A stretch of 64,000 bases of DNA from Dendronephthya gigantea. Its lineage: Eukaryota. The first letter of the stretch is position 1; every line of letters starts with the position of its first letter. This document shows positions 1 to 11,129 of this stretch, one piece after another. The translations under genes and the position numbers were made by a program. The stretch is taken from positions 10,208 to 74,207 of the forward strand of contig NW_021163311.1 in the NCBI RefSeq assembly GCF_004324835.1, read 5' to 3'. The notes under the pieces are model-generated. The model was not told where the DNA came from. It saw only the letters and a program-made list of their open reading frames with translations, and made no database searches.

Positions 1-99
1 TCAAACCTCGATACCGAGTGATAGCGAGGTCAATACGGCACGACCTCGGTTTGATATTTTACCGTACAGACCTCACTCTCAGTCAGTAACTTCTTATTA

Positions 100-1000
100 A
101 AAGACATATAAGGAAGGGTCAAGGGTGTAGGGAAGGGTCAAGGGTGTATGGAAGGGGGGACTATACAGGAGGTTAAATTGATAGAGGGTCTATTAGAGAA
201 GAGGTATATAAAGGAAAGGCTATATTAGGGAGGGAGTATGGGGGAGGGGTTATTTTAGAGAGTTATTTTAGAGGTGTATTATAGTCATGAGGGACATTCT
301 ACTAGGGAGGGGTATAAAGAGAGGGTTATTTTGGAGTACTATTTAGAGACTGGAGTATTAGAGAAGTATATTAAAGAAGGGTATACTTACAGGGTGGGGT
401 ATAAAGAGCAGGTTATTTTAAGAGTATTATTTAGAGACTAGAGTATTAGAGAAGTATATATTAGAGAGAGGTATACTTATAGGGTGGGGGTATAAAGAGG
501 GGGTTATTTTGGAGTATTATTTAGAGACTGGAATATTACAAAAGTATATATTAGAGTGAGGTATACTTATAGGGTGGGGTATAAAGAGGGGTTATTTTAA
601 GAGTATTATTTAGAGACTGGAAGATTAGAGAAGTATATGTTAGAGAGAGGTATACTTATAGGGAGGGGTACAGGAAAGGAGTTGTTAGAGTGTTAATTGG
701 AAAGGGACATTACAGAATAGGTATGAAGGCACATTAATTGGGAGGGGCATGAAGAGGGAATTGTTATAGGGGGTTAATCAGAGAGAGGGTTTTTCTGTAA
801 GAGAGAAATCCTGCAAAGGAGGGGTATGTGGAAGGAATTGTTATAGATGGAGAGTTAGTTGAAGAGAGGGTGGGAGGGAGAAATATACAGAAGGGTTTAG
901 AGTCAGACAACTGGAGAGAGGGGTTTTTAAAGAAGATTGAGGTGTATTTGTGAGGGATATACTATGGAAAGGTATAAAGAAATGGTTATCACAGTGGGGA
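100..1000. repeat. Purine-rich (GA/GGGA) strand-asymmetric satellite; contains a ~93-bp tandem unit x4 at about 300-665
   Basis: The + strand is almost free of C. The block ggggtataaagag..gggttattttggagtattatttagagactggagtattagagaagtatatattagagagaggtatacttatagggtg recurs 4 times. Confidence 0.8.
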
Positions 1001-1030
1001 TGGATTGGAGGTATTTATTGAGGGTGTGTA

Positions 1031-1846
1031 TTAAACCAGGAAGAACACTAAAAAGAGAGTGGTCACATCATTGAGAGGTTTATGAAAGATCTCGTCACCA
1101 CCTGATTGTTCAGATTCACCATCTTCATCTTCGTCATCCTGTGTCAGTTTCACTTTCGTCAAACCATCATTCGCATTGTAAGTTGCATCAACTGAGATCT
1201 GACCAGATTTCTGAACAGCATGAATGACGCTGTGGTTCATCTCTGCATTCTAAAAAAAGTTTCAGATCTCTGAATGTCAGACTGATTGTCGACTGATGGC
1301 AATTTAAACACTGAGAATTCTGAGAATCATCTGAAAAATCCTGGAAACTGTCCATGAGTGAGAATTCACGTAAGTTTGGGTCAGGTTTTAGTGGAGAAAG
1401 ATGGCTTTGAAAAATGTCTTAAAATATCATTTTATCAAGATTCAGACACTGTGATATTCTGAGATGAACTGACTCAAGCAAGACAAGCTGTATCATAATC
1501 TATCTCAGATTTACTATAACGAAGATGGTCGCTTTAAACATCAAAATCCCGAACTAAAAAAAACCTCATTTATAAAATCATTTAAACATTTCACAGTAAA
1601 GCTTTCGTTATTTCTTTGAAAATTGTTATATAAATCACATTAAAAGCTTGATATTTTCCTAAAAATCACTCACCCCGAGTGTTAATTCATCGGGTAATTC
1701 TCGACCGGCAAAAATGATTTTAATTCCAGCAGTTTTGACATTTTTCTTGCGAGCGATTTCGTGTTTTAGTTGAGCGATTGTCCAGGATGGTTGAAACGAA
1801 GGTTAAATGATTTGCCGTTGAAGTTTACGGTCACGTCGTGCGACAT
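1031..1846 (-). pseudogene. Two-exon fragment encoding a ubiquitin-like (Parkin-type UBL) N-terminus plus acidic linker; copy 1, frameshifted
   Basis: ATG lies at 1846 on the minus strand, giving MSHDVTVNFNGKSFNL. The frame then slips at gaaacg, which is 1 nt shorter than in copy 2. It continues ..FQPSWTIAQLKHEIARKKNVKTAGIKIIFAGRELPDELTLG with a GTGAGT donor at ~1673. The next acceptor is ttttttag at ~1250, followed by NAEMNHSVIHAVQKSGQ..DDEDEDGESEQSGGDE. IIFAG+EL and SVIHAVQ resemble Parkin VIFAGKEL and SIVHIVQ. Confidence 0.4.
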
Positions 1847-1974
1847 ATTTCGCTAGAAAAGCTCGTGTATTTCCTTGCAATTGAGAGAAAATAATTCAAA
1901 ATATTTTGCTTCAAAACGAAAGTTTGGAAAAGAAATGTTTGAAAATTGAAAGTTTAAAACGACGGTTGCTTCCA

Positions 1975-2465
1975 CTTACCAAAACAAACTTCCTCCTTTT
2001 TTCTTGAAATTTCACTCCCTTGCAGTTTTCTGATCTCTTGGGACACTGGAATGTTTAGCGTTTTCTATCTTGGCAATCAACATAATTCCACAGATTAGGT
2101 TAGGATTAGGTTTAAATTTAGGATTAGGTTCAACCCTCTTTAACAATAAACCTAAAACCTAATCTTAACCCAAATCGTAACATAATCTCAAATAATAAAT
2201 AAGTCTGAGGGATAGTTTTTTTCAACTCATTAACTACCAAAACAAACTTCCTCTTTAATTCCCTTGAAATTTCACTCCCTGACAGTTTTCTGATCTTTCG
2301 ATACACTGGATGTTTAGCATTTTCTATGTTGGCAGTATTATTCCATTTAATCCTTCAGATTAGGTTAGGATTAGGGTTAAAATTAGGAATAAGTTTAACC
2401 GTATTAAACTATAAACCTAAAACATAATCTTAAGATAATTCCTAACATAATCCCACAGATTAAAT
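1975..2465. repeat. Two tandem copies of a ~245-bp element containing telomere-like TTAGG/TTAGGG tracts and inverted CCTAA tracts
   Basis: gattaggttaggattaggtttaaatttaggattaggtt ... aacctaaaacctaatcttaaccc is seen twice, at ~2093-2200 and ~2354-2460. The shared flank is ccaaaacaaacttcctc..ttgaaatttcactccctgacagttttctgat. Confidence 0.7.
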
Positions 2466-2819
2466 TCGTGTATTTAGGATTTAGGGAACATGGAGTTTTA
2501 TATTAAAAACTATCGCAGCATCGTCAGCACTTTTGAAAGTGTAAATTCGCATTTTAATAAAACAAGTTAAAGCTTTTAGAGTCAACTTAAATTACTGCAA
2601 AATAACATTTCTCAAAAATCTCTTGAAAATATCAGAAAAATGTTTAATTCGCCTCCAGTTCTCTCTCTCAGCTCGCGATATTTTGAAATTTATTTAGGGA
2701 AACACCGCAGCAAATTCCAGGAATTCCTAAGTCCTGACAGGAAAGGACGCGTCTTATGCAAACACTTTATAAGGAAGAGATATTTGTCTTTATAAACTGA
2801 TCATTTTGGAGAAGATTTC

Positions 2820-2957
2820 GAGAAAATACAAACACAGACTTCTCCAAGAACGAACACTGTATCTATATTCAGTCTATACAGCGAGGTTTATACTACAGAG
2901 CGACAAACAACACAGAACTTGCTTTATTATTACGACACAAGAACGACGTGAAATAAT
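2820..2957 (+). promoter_or_regulatory. Conserved ~135-bp leader or proximal promoter immediately 5' of the RING-TRAF-Kelch ATG (gene 1)
   Basis: agaaaatacaaacacagacttct.caagaacgaacactgtatctatattcagtctatacagcgaggtttatactacagagcgacaaacaacacagaacttgctttattattacgacacaagaacgacgtgaaat is conserved before every full-length copy. A TATA-like ctttataaggaagag lies ~60 bp further upstream. Confidence 0.5.
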
Positions 2958-4598
2958 ATGGCTTCATATATACAAGGCTATGATGAAGAAAGGTTTGTGG
3001 ACAAAATCAATCAAAATTTTCATTGCCAGATTTGCTTTAATGTCTTGAAAGAGCCGGTTATGTGTTCGAGAAACCAGCATTCGTTTTGCCGTTGTTGTAT
3101 TACGAAACATCTGGAAAATTCTCAAACATGTCCAACGTGTGCTGATGAACTGACCGCAGAGACTTTATCCGAACCGAATAGAATGGTTAAAGATTTTTTG
3201 AATGAATCAAAAATTCGTTGCGTTTACATCGACAGAGGTTGTCAAGAAGTTGTAGAATTACAGCATCTTGACCGCCATGAAGATACATGTGGATATACAC
3301 CAGCCGTTTGTACAAACCAAGGCTGTGGTTTAATTGTCAACAAGCGTGATCTTATTCACCATGAAAGTGAAGTCTGTGAATTCCGAAAGTTGAAGTGTCA
3401 CTCGTGCCGAGAAATGACGAAAACTTTCGCAGATATGGAGGAAAGAATGGCGAATATCGAGAAGAATATGGTAACAAATAAAACAGTTGAAACTAAAATA
3501 ACCAATTTGGAGAAAAATATTGCCACTGTTGCGAATAATATGGAGAAAAACACCGCAGATATAAAAGTAGATATGGAAGGAAAACACGAAGCGGTTAACA
3601 ACAAAGTCGATGGATTGAAAACAGCTTTGGTCAGAGCTTTTGATGATATGAAGGACGTTCTTATCACGATGGAGGGCAAGAAAGTAGAAAACACAAGAAA
3701 AGTAATAAATAGACCAAGTGGTGATAAGGAAAATATAATTGTTGCTGGAGGTTTATTGACTAGCTCTGTAGAGATGTTTAACTGGCGTCAAAGAACATGG
3801 TCGCCATTACAATCAATGCCAAAGAAACGTTTGGTAGCAACTTCATTTATTTATAACAATCATATGACTATAGCTGGGGGTTGCTGTGGTGGGTCTGTCA
3901 TTGTTGATGATATGATTAGAATGAATATTGACCCAAACCTTGATCTCACAACACACTGGAGTGACTGTCCTGTTAAACTACCTGATAAGTTGGAATACCA
4001 CAGCAGTGTGCTGTATAATGATCAGTTGATAGTCTCTGGAGGTCGTAATAAAAATGTTTCATCTGACTTGATGAGAGCAGTCCAGCTTGTTCCTTTCTAT
4101 ACTGTGAAGACCTTATCAAGAATGCCAGAACCTAGACAAGGTCACAGCATGGAAATATTTGATGATAATTTGTTGATAGTTGGTGGAAGTACAACTGACA
4201 ATTACAAAGACAGCCTCAGCAGTGTCGTACTGTACGATATAAAGAAGAATCAGCTGAAACAGTTGTCACCACTGCCGTATGAAGTGAGGCACATGGCAAC
4301 TGTAAGATGGGGAGAAAACATTGTTGTTATTGGTGGCGTTGACAAACATGGCAAGGCATTAGATACAGTTATCATTTACAATGTCAAGACAGAACAAAGT
4401 CACATGCTGCCATCAATGAGATGTAAGAGGTGTGGATGTACTGCAGTTGTTATTGCAAACAACATTGTAGTCCTGGGAGGGAACGGTGAGCGAACAACAC
4501 TGAAGTCAGTTGAAGGTTTCAACTTTGAAAGGTATTCTTGGGAAGAACTTCCAGAAATGTCTGAAGCAAGATACTTGCACACTGCTGTTGTTGCGTGA
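2958..4598 (+). CDS. RING(C3HC4) - TRAF-type zinc finger - coiled coil - 6x Kelch protein, copy 1 (546 aa, intronless)
   Basis: Uninterrupted ATG-to-stop ORF. RING: CQICFNVL..C.RNQHSFCRCCITKHL..CPTC. TRAF-type zinc fingers: CVYIDRGC..HLDRHEDTC, CTNQGCG..HHESEVC. Coiled coil is K/E-rich with heptads. Six Kelch blades carry GG doublets: IIVAGG, MTIAGG, LIVSGG, LLIVGG, IVVIGG, IVVLGG. Confidence 0.9.
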   Translation: MASYIQGYDEERFVDKINQNFHCQICFNVLKEPVMCSRNQHSFCRCCITKHLENSQTCPTCADELTAETLSEPNRMVKDFLNESKIRCVYIDRGCQEVVELQHLDRHEDTCGYTPAVCTNQGCGLIVNKRDLIHHESEVCEFRKLKCHSCREMTKTFADMEERMANIEKNMVTNKTVETKITNLEKNIATVANNMEKNTADIKVDMEGKHEAVNNKVDGLKTALVRAFDDMKDVLITMEGKKVENTRKVINRPSGDKENIIVAGGLLTSSVEMFNWRQRTWSPLQSMPKKRLVATSFIYNNHMTIAGGCCGGSVIVDDMIRMNIDPNLDLTTHWSDCPVKLPDKLEYHSSVLYNDQLIVSGGRNKNVSSDLMRAVQLVPFYTVKTLSRMPEPRQGHSMEIFDDNLLIVGGSTTDNYKDSLSSVVLYDIKKNQLKQLSPLPYEVRHMATVRWGENIVVIGGVDKHGKALDTVIIYNVKTEQSHMLPSMRCKRCGCTAVVIANNIVVLGGNGERTTLKSVEGFNFERYSWEELPEMSEARYLHTAVVA

Positions 4599-5149
4599 AC
4601 AATATGTAAGGTATTAAGTGAAAACTCCTAACATATTATGAACAATTAAAATTAACTATAAGATTTTCACAAAGTTATAGAAATAGATTGTAGCATTCTA
4701 AGTTGATTGTCAGACATATACTGATTTGTATTTTTGTGATTGAATTTAAATTGAGTCAGTTTTTAGAATTATATATTAAAGAACAATAACAAATCTGTGA
4801 AATAAATATTTTCATTGAGGAAGGTTTAAAATGAAACATCAAATAAAAGATTTCAAACAATAGGTAGGTGCATGAGTGAAAAAAATTTGATTAAATATTG
4901 ACCATGTTGGATCAAAGTTATTAGTTTCTATTAACTGCGGTTTGGATTAAAAAATTCAACTTTCTAGAAGATAAATATTTCTGAGAGAAACGTAAAATGA
5001 AAGGGTAAACTTACGATGTTTCAGAGCATGTGATGAGGGAATATTTCTGATGTTAGATTTCAACATTGATAACGGTGCCTGTTCATCTCTCCATGATGTT
5101 CCCCACATTTGAAATAAAATTCCTTGAAAGAACAAGAAGTTTGTGATGA

Positions 5150-5292
5150 CCTACTTTAGTATTTTACCGTATAATGTCAGGTAATTTTACTCATCAGTGG
5201 AAGAGTACTGTCAGTTAATAAGTTAACAAACTAATATCTGTCAGTGTCTCTTGTTAACCCATTAGTTGCAATGCACCTAGATGTGACCCACT
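5150..5292 (-). repeat. Single diverged monomer of the 136-bp satellite (inverted orientation)
   Basis: Reverse complement of ..tgacagtactcttccactgatgagtaaaat..taggtcacatctgggtgcattgcaagctaatgggttaacaagagacact. Confidence 0.7.
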
Positions 5293-5739
5293 ATTGTATT
5301 TTAGGTCTAATAGGTGGATAACTTACAGCTGTTTTTCCCTGACAGTTTGTATTGGATTCACATTGTCCCTGCATTCGGCCTTTGATCAATACATCGTCCC
5401 AACCATTTGGACCCTTGCAAGAAACCATAAATATTGTGTAAACAAGATGTTTGTTGGCATTCAAAAGCTTTCACAGGAAGCTTGTAAACAAGTTGTAACA
5501 ATGTCAACATTTTATAAAGTCTAAATATAAATCTGCTGCAGATTTTTTACAAGTTGTTTATAAGGAAACAGTAAATACCTGTGATAGAACAAAGCTTCCT
5601 TCCTTGCAATTTGAACATCGACATCGCAATTTTCCTTGTGTTAGTTTCTTGCAAGTTTTACAATAAACAAAGAAGAAACTTTGCTTGCCTGAGATGAAAG
5701 AGTACAAAAAGTTTGGATTATTAAAGGAGCCCTGGTGTT

Positions 5740-6600
5740 AGAGAGATGAGCTTATTAGAAAGAGAGAGGCCTAATATTAGAGAGAGAGGGGCTTATTAGA
5801 GAGAGAGAGGGGCTTATTAGAGAGAGAGGGGCTTTTTAGAGAGAGAGGGGCTTATTAGAGAGAGAGGGGCTTTTTAGAGAGAGAGGGGCTTATTAAAGAG
5901 AGAGGGGCTTATTTGAGAGAGAGTGGTTTATTAGGGAGAGAGGGTGGGTCTTCATGGATGAAGTATAATATGATTAGGGGGGAAGGCAGGGTAGAGAACC
6001 CTCTACCCAGGGTTTCTCCATGAGGAAAATGCAAGGGTATCAAGCTGGGGATAGGAGTTTATTGGAGATAGACAATTAGAGAAGTGGTACAGTACTGTGT
6101 TAGAGGACATCCAGGTAAGGGGGTATGGGCAAGGGTGGGTTGGGTTAATTGGAAAAAGGGGTTTTAGAGAGGAGGCATATTAGAAAGGGCATGCTAGTAG
6201 GGAAGGGTATAGGGGATTGGCTAGAGAGGGTTAATTAGAGAGGGAAATAAGGAAAGAGGTACATTAGGGAGGGGCATACTATTAGGGAAGAGAATAGAGA
6301 ATAATTTGAGGGTTAATTAGAGAGGAATATTGGAGAAGAGGTACATTAGGGAAGGGCATAATCATGACAGAGGGGAATAGAGTGATTTGAGGGTTATTTA
6401 GAGATGGCTATTGAAAGGATATTTTATAGAGAACAAACCAGAGAAAGGGTTATTGGAAAAGAGGTGTATTAGACAGGATTGCAATACAAGGAACAGAAAT
6501 TATTATAGTGGATTAACTAGAGAGAGGTTTATCAGGAAAGAGGTTTATCAAATCAGGTCATATCAGAGAGGGAGAGGAACGAGGGTGAACATAGCGGGAA
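5740..6600. repeat. Purine-rich satellite; includes the ~19-bp unit gagagagaggggcttatta x~10 at 5745-5935
   Basis: Strand-asymmetric GA-rich composition that parallels 100-1000 one array unit upstream. Confidence 0.8.
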
Positions 6601-6619
6601 CATATTGGAGGTATTTATT

Positions 6620-7445
6620 GAGGGTGTAAAATTAGGAGGGGGATTAAACAGGGTGGGGTCACATTATTATCTAGAGGTTTATGAAAGATCTCGTCACAAC
6701 CTGATTGTTCAGATTCACCGTCTTCATCCTCGTCATCCTGTGTCAGTTTACTTTCGTCAAACCATCATTCGCATTGTAAGTTGCATCAACTGAGATCTGA
6801 CCAGATTTCTGAACAGCATGAATGACGCTGTGGTTCATCTCTGCATTCTAAAAAAAACAGTTTCAGATCTCGAATGTCAGACTCATTGTCGACTGATGGT
6901 AATTGAAAGACTGAGAATTTGAGAATCCTCTGAAAAATCCTGGAAACTGTCCATGAGTGAGAATTCACATAAGTTTGGTCAGGTTTTAGTGAAAAAGATG
7001 GCTTTGAAAAATGTCTTAAAAATATTTTATAAATTCAGACACTGTGATATTCTGAGATGGACTGACTCAAGCAAGACAAGCTGTATCATAATCTATCTCA
7101 GATTTACTATAACGAAGATGGTCGCTTTAAACATCAAAATCCCGAACTAAAAAAACCTCATTTATGAAATCATTTCAACATTTCACAGTAAATCTTTCGT
7201 TATTTCTTTGAAAATTGTTATATAAATCACATTAAAAGCTTGATATTTTCCTAAAAATCACTCACCCCGAGTGTTAATTATCGGGTAATTCTCGACCGGC
7301 AAAAATGATTTTAATTCCAGCAGTTTTGACATTTTTCTTGCGAGCAATTTCCCGTTTTAGTTGAGCGATTGTCCAGGATGGTTGAAAACGAAGGTTAAAT
7401 GATTTGCCGTTGAAGTTTACGGTCACGTCGTGCGACATATTTCGC
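6620..7445 (-). pseudogene. UBL (Parkin-like) two-exon fragment, copy 2, with a premature stop
   Basis: ATG at 7445 on the minus strand gives an intact MSHDVTVNFNGKSFNLRFQPSWTIAQLKREIARKKNVKTAGIKIIFAGRELPDN*. A 1-nt deletion (cccgataattaac versus cccgatgaattaac in copy 1) creates the stop. The second exon-like segment at ~6620-6850 matches 1031-1250. Confidence 0.4.
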
Positions 7446-7564
7446 TAGAAAAGCTCGTGTATTTCCTTGCAATTGAGAGAAAATAATTCAAAATATTTTG
7501 CTTCAAAACGAAAGTTTGGAAAAGAAATGTTTGAAAATTGAAAGTTTAAAACGACGATTGCTTC

Positions 7565-8050
7565 CACTTACCAAAACAAACTTCCTCTTTTTTCCTTGAA
7601 CTTTTCACTCCCTGGCAGTTTTCTGATCTCTTGAAACACTAGAGTGTTTAGTGTTTTCTATTTTGGCAATCAATATAATTCCAGAGATTAGATTAGGATT
7701 AGGGTTAAATTTAGGATTAGGTTTAACCTCTATTTAACAATAAACCTAAGACCAAATCTTAACCCAAATCGTAACATAATCTCAAATAATAAATAAGTCT
7801 GAGGGATAGTTTTTTTAACTCATCAACAGCCAAAACAAACTTCCTCTTTGTCTTGAAATTTCACTCCCTGACAGTTTTCTGATATCACGATAAACTGGAT
7901 GTTTAGCGTCTTTTATGTTGGCAGTATTATTCCATTTAATCCTTCAGATTAGGTTAGGATTAGGGTTAAAATTAGGAATGAGTCTCACCCTATTAAACTT
8001 TAAACCTAAAACATAATCTTAACCCAATTCCTAACATAATCCCAAAGATT
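7565..8050. repeat. Second copy of the 2x245-bp telomere-like repeat element
   Basis: Same TTAGG/CCTAA-bearing duplicated element as 1975-2465. Confidence 0.7.
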
Positions 8051-8410
8051 GAATTCGTGTATTTAGGATTTAGTGAACATGGAGTTTTATATTAAAAACT
8101 ATCGCAGCATCGTGAGCACTTTTGAAAGTGTAAATTCGCATTTTAATAGAACAAGTTAAAGCTTTTAGAGTCGACTTTAATTACTGCAAAATAACATTTC
8201 TCTAAAATCTACTGAAAATAAAAGAAAAATGTTTAATTCTGCTCCAGCTCTCTCTCAGTCAGCTCCCGACATTTTCAAATTCATTTTTGGAAACACCGCA
8301 GCAAATTCCAGGAATTCCTGAGTCCTGACAGGAAAGGACGCGTCTTATGCAAACACTTTATAAGGAAGAGATATTTGTCTTCATAAACTGATAATTTTGG
8401 AGAAGATTTC

Positions 8411-8545
8411 GAGAAAATACAAACACAGACATCTTCAAGAACGAACACTGTATCTATATTCAGTCTATACAGCGAGGTTTATACTACAGAGCTACAAACA
8501 ACACCGAATTTGCTTTATTATTACGACACAAGAACGGCGTGAAAT
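8411..8545 (+). promoter_or_regulatory. Conserved leader or proximal promoter of gene 2
   Basis: Same conserved ~135 bp as 2820-2957. Confidence 0.5.
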
Positions 8546-10156
8546 ATGGCTTCATATATACAAGGCTACGATGAAGAAAGGTTTGTGAACCAAATCGATC
8601 GAAATTTTCATTGTCAGATTTGCTTCAACGTCTTGAAAGAGCCGGTTATGTGTTCCAGAAACCAACATTCTTTTTGCCGTTGTTGTATTACGAAACATCT
8701 GGAAAATTCTCAAACATGCCCAACGTGTGCTGATGAACTGACCGTAGAGACTTTGGCCGAAGCACCGCGAATGGTTAAAGATTTTTTGAATGAATCCAAA
8801 ATTCGTTGCGTTTACATCGACAGAGGTTGTCAAGAAGTTGTAGAATTACAGCATCTTGACCGCCATGAAGATACATGTGGATATACACCAGCCGTTTGTA
8901 CAAACCAAGGCTGTGGTTTAATTGTCAACAAGCGTGATCTTATTCACCATGAAAGTGAAGTCTGTGAATTCCGAAAGTTGAAGTGTCACTCGTGCGGAGA
9001 AATGACCAAAACTTTGGCAGATATGGAGGAAAGAATGGCGAATATCGACAAGAATAATGTAACGATTGAAACTAAAATCACAAATTTAGAGAGAAACGTT
9101 GAAAAAAACACGGCAGATATAAAAGCAGATATGGAAGGAAAACTCGAAGCGGTTAAAAACGAAGTCAAAGGATTGAAAACAGCTTTGGTCAGAGCTTTTG
9201 ATGAAATGAAGGACGTTCTCATCACGATGGACGGCAAGAAAGAAGAAAACACAAGAAAAGTAAGAAATAGACCAAGTGGTGATAAGGAAAATATAATTGT
9301 TGCTGGAGGTCATTGGACTAACTCTGTAGAGATGTTTAACTGGCGTCAAAGAACATGGTCGCCATTACAATCAATGCCAAACTATCGTCATGGAGCAACT
9401 TCATTTATTTATAACAATCATATGACTATAGCTGGGGGTTGGTGTGATTTGTCTGACATTGTTGATGATATGATTAGAATGAATATTGACCCAAACCCTG
9501 ATCTCTCAACACACTGGAGTGACTGTCCTGTTAAACTACCTCATAAGTTGAGATACCACAGCAGTGTGCTGTATAATGATCAGTTGATAGTCTTTGGAGG
9601 TGAAAAGAGAAATGTTTCATATGACCTGATCAGAGCAGTCCAGCTTGTTCCTCCCTATACTGTGAAGACCTTATCAAGAATGCCAGAACCAAGGCATGGT
9701 CACAGCATGGAATTATTTGATGATAATTTGTTGATAGTTGGTGGAACTACAACTGGTTATAACAAAGACAACCTGAGCAGTGTCACACTGTACAATATTA
9801 AGAAGAATGAGTTGAAACAGTTGTCACCACTGCCGTATGAAGTGAATCACATGGCAACTGTGAGATGGGGAGACAACATTGTTGTTATTGGTGGTGATGA
9901 CAAACATGGCAACAGATTAGATACAGTTATCATTTACAATGTCAAGACAGAACAAAGTCACATCCTGCCATCAATGAGATGTAAGAGGTTTGGATGTACT
10001 GCAGTTGTTATTGAAAACAACATTGTAGTCCTGGGAGGGTGTGGTCAATTTTTCCCCCTGAAGTCAGTTGAAGGTTTCAACTTTGAAAGGTATTCTTGGG
10101 AAGAACTTCCAGAAATGTCTGAAGCAAGATACTTGCACACTGCTGTTGTTGTGTGA
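8546..10156 (+). CDS. RING-TRAF-Kelch protein, copy 2 (536 aa)
   Basis: Intact ORF with the same domain order as copy 1. It differs mainly in the Kelch loop patches and has a short coiled-coil indel. Confidence 0.9.
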   Translation: MASYIQGYDEERFVNQIDRNFHCQICFNVLKEPVMCSRNQHSFCRCCITKHLENSQTCPTCADELTVETLAEAPRMVKDFLNESKIRCVYIDRGCQEVVELQHLDRHEDTCGYTPAVCTNQGCGLIVNKRDLIHHESEVCEFRKLKCHSCGEMTKTLADMEERMANIDKNNVTIETKITNLERNVEKNTADIKADMEGKLEAVKNEVKGLKTALVRAFDEMKDVLITMDGKKEENTRKVRNRPSGDKENIIVAGGHWTNSVEMFNWRQRTWSPLQSMPNYRHGATSFIYNNHMTIAGGWCDLSDIVDDMIRMNIDPNPDLSTHWSDCPVKLPHKLRYHSSVLYNDQLIVFGGEKRNVSYDLIRAVQLVPPYTVKTLSRMPEPRHGHSMELFDDNLLIVGGTTTGYNKDNLSSVTLYNIKKNELKQLSPLPYEVNHMATVRWGDNIVVIGGDDKHGNRLDTVIIYNVKTEQSHILPSMRCKRFGCTAVVIENNIVVLGGCGQFFPLKSVEGFNFERYSWEELPEMSEARYLHTAVVV

Positions 10157-10424
10157 ACAATATGTAAGGTATTAAGTGAAAACTCCTAACATATTATGAA
10201 CATTTGAAATGAACTATAAGATTTTCGCAAAGTTATAGAAATAGATTGTAGCATTCTAAGTTGATTGTCAGACATATACTGATTTGTATTTTTGTGATTG
10301 AATTTAAATTGTGTCAGTTCTTAGGATTATATATTAAAAAACAATAACAAATCTTTAAAATAGATATTTTCATTGAGGATGGTTTAAATTAAAACATGAA
10401 ATAAAAAAGTTGAAATAAGCTTTT

Positions 10425-10560
10425 GTGGAACCCCTCCACCTAGGTTTTTCACACCCCTCCTACCACCTAGGTTTGCACTCCCCCCCTCCCACCTAGGTTT
10501 TTTCAGCCACAACCCCACCCCTCCCCACCTGGGTTCTTCTCCCCTGGTGCCCCAGACCAA
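10425..10560. repeat. C-rich degenerate ~23-bp tandem repeat (ccctccacctaggttttt..) in the 3' flank
   Basis: It recurs ~270 bp after the stop codons of genes 2, 3, 4, 6 (partial) and 7, downstream of an AATAAA-containing 3' UTR. Confidence 0.6.
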
Positions 10561-10789
10561 GAATCCTAACTGAGCCTCTGCCTGAAGAAATAGTTCAGTT
10601 ACCTATTTTAAATATCAGCCTGTCTGTAAATGATGTCTGTGTCTGTCAGACTGCCACAGACTAAGTCATATTTTAAAATTTAACAATTAACAAGATTTGG
10701 AGAGATAGTTTTACTCTTTATTAAAACAAAACCCTGATTAACTAATATAAATTGGTTTGTCAACTAAAATAAAATTCTTGTTTCAAGTT

Positions 10790-11050
10790 TGCTCACAGAT
10801 TGTTTTGTAATTTCACGTTTTCCATCGCGTCCTTGAAGGCTTTTAGTACAAGATTTACATTATCTTTTGTACTGTTCAACCCCATCAGACCAACACGCCA
10901 TATCTGAAAAATTTCACCACAAAAAGTAGGGTTTTTCAAAGGGAAAAAATTTACGATTATGGAGTGAATATCTGCGAATATAGAGAAGAAAATTGTGAAT
11001 ATGAATACCTTTCCAGCAGAGCTTCCAAGAACACCTGAAATATCCATTTT
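10790..11050 (-). pseudogene. AGXT: Co-amplified copy of AGXT exons 9-10 and the intron between them (coding still intact)
   Basis: Minus strand encodes YKMDISG(V)LG(S)SAGK | IWRVGLMGLNSTKDNVNLVLKAFKDAMENVKLQNNL*, matching the genuine AGXT 3' exons at 33039-33292. Confidence 0.6.
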
Positions 11051-11129
11051 ATATCTGAAAATGAAATTGATTATTCAATTTTAACACTCTCTATGAATGA
11101 CCGCCCTGCAAGTCTTAAAAATGCCACTA

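Noticed and set aside
2806-3048. Upstream 'MEKISRKYKHR..' ORFs overlapping each RING-TRAF-Kelch start
   Set aside because: The track's M is a TTG, not an ATG. The ORF is an out-of-frame read-through of the conserved leader.
3330-3694. Antisense ORFs of 85-98 aa inside every RING-TRAF-Kelch gene (for example 3398-3694, 8986-9252, 15883-16173)
   Set aside because: They mirror the K/E-rich coiled-coil region, which gives F/S/I-rich low-complexity reverse frames. They track the sense gene exactly in each copy, so they are composition artefacts, not genes.
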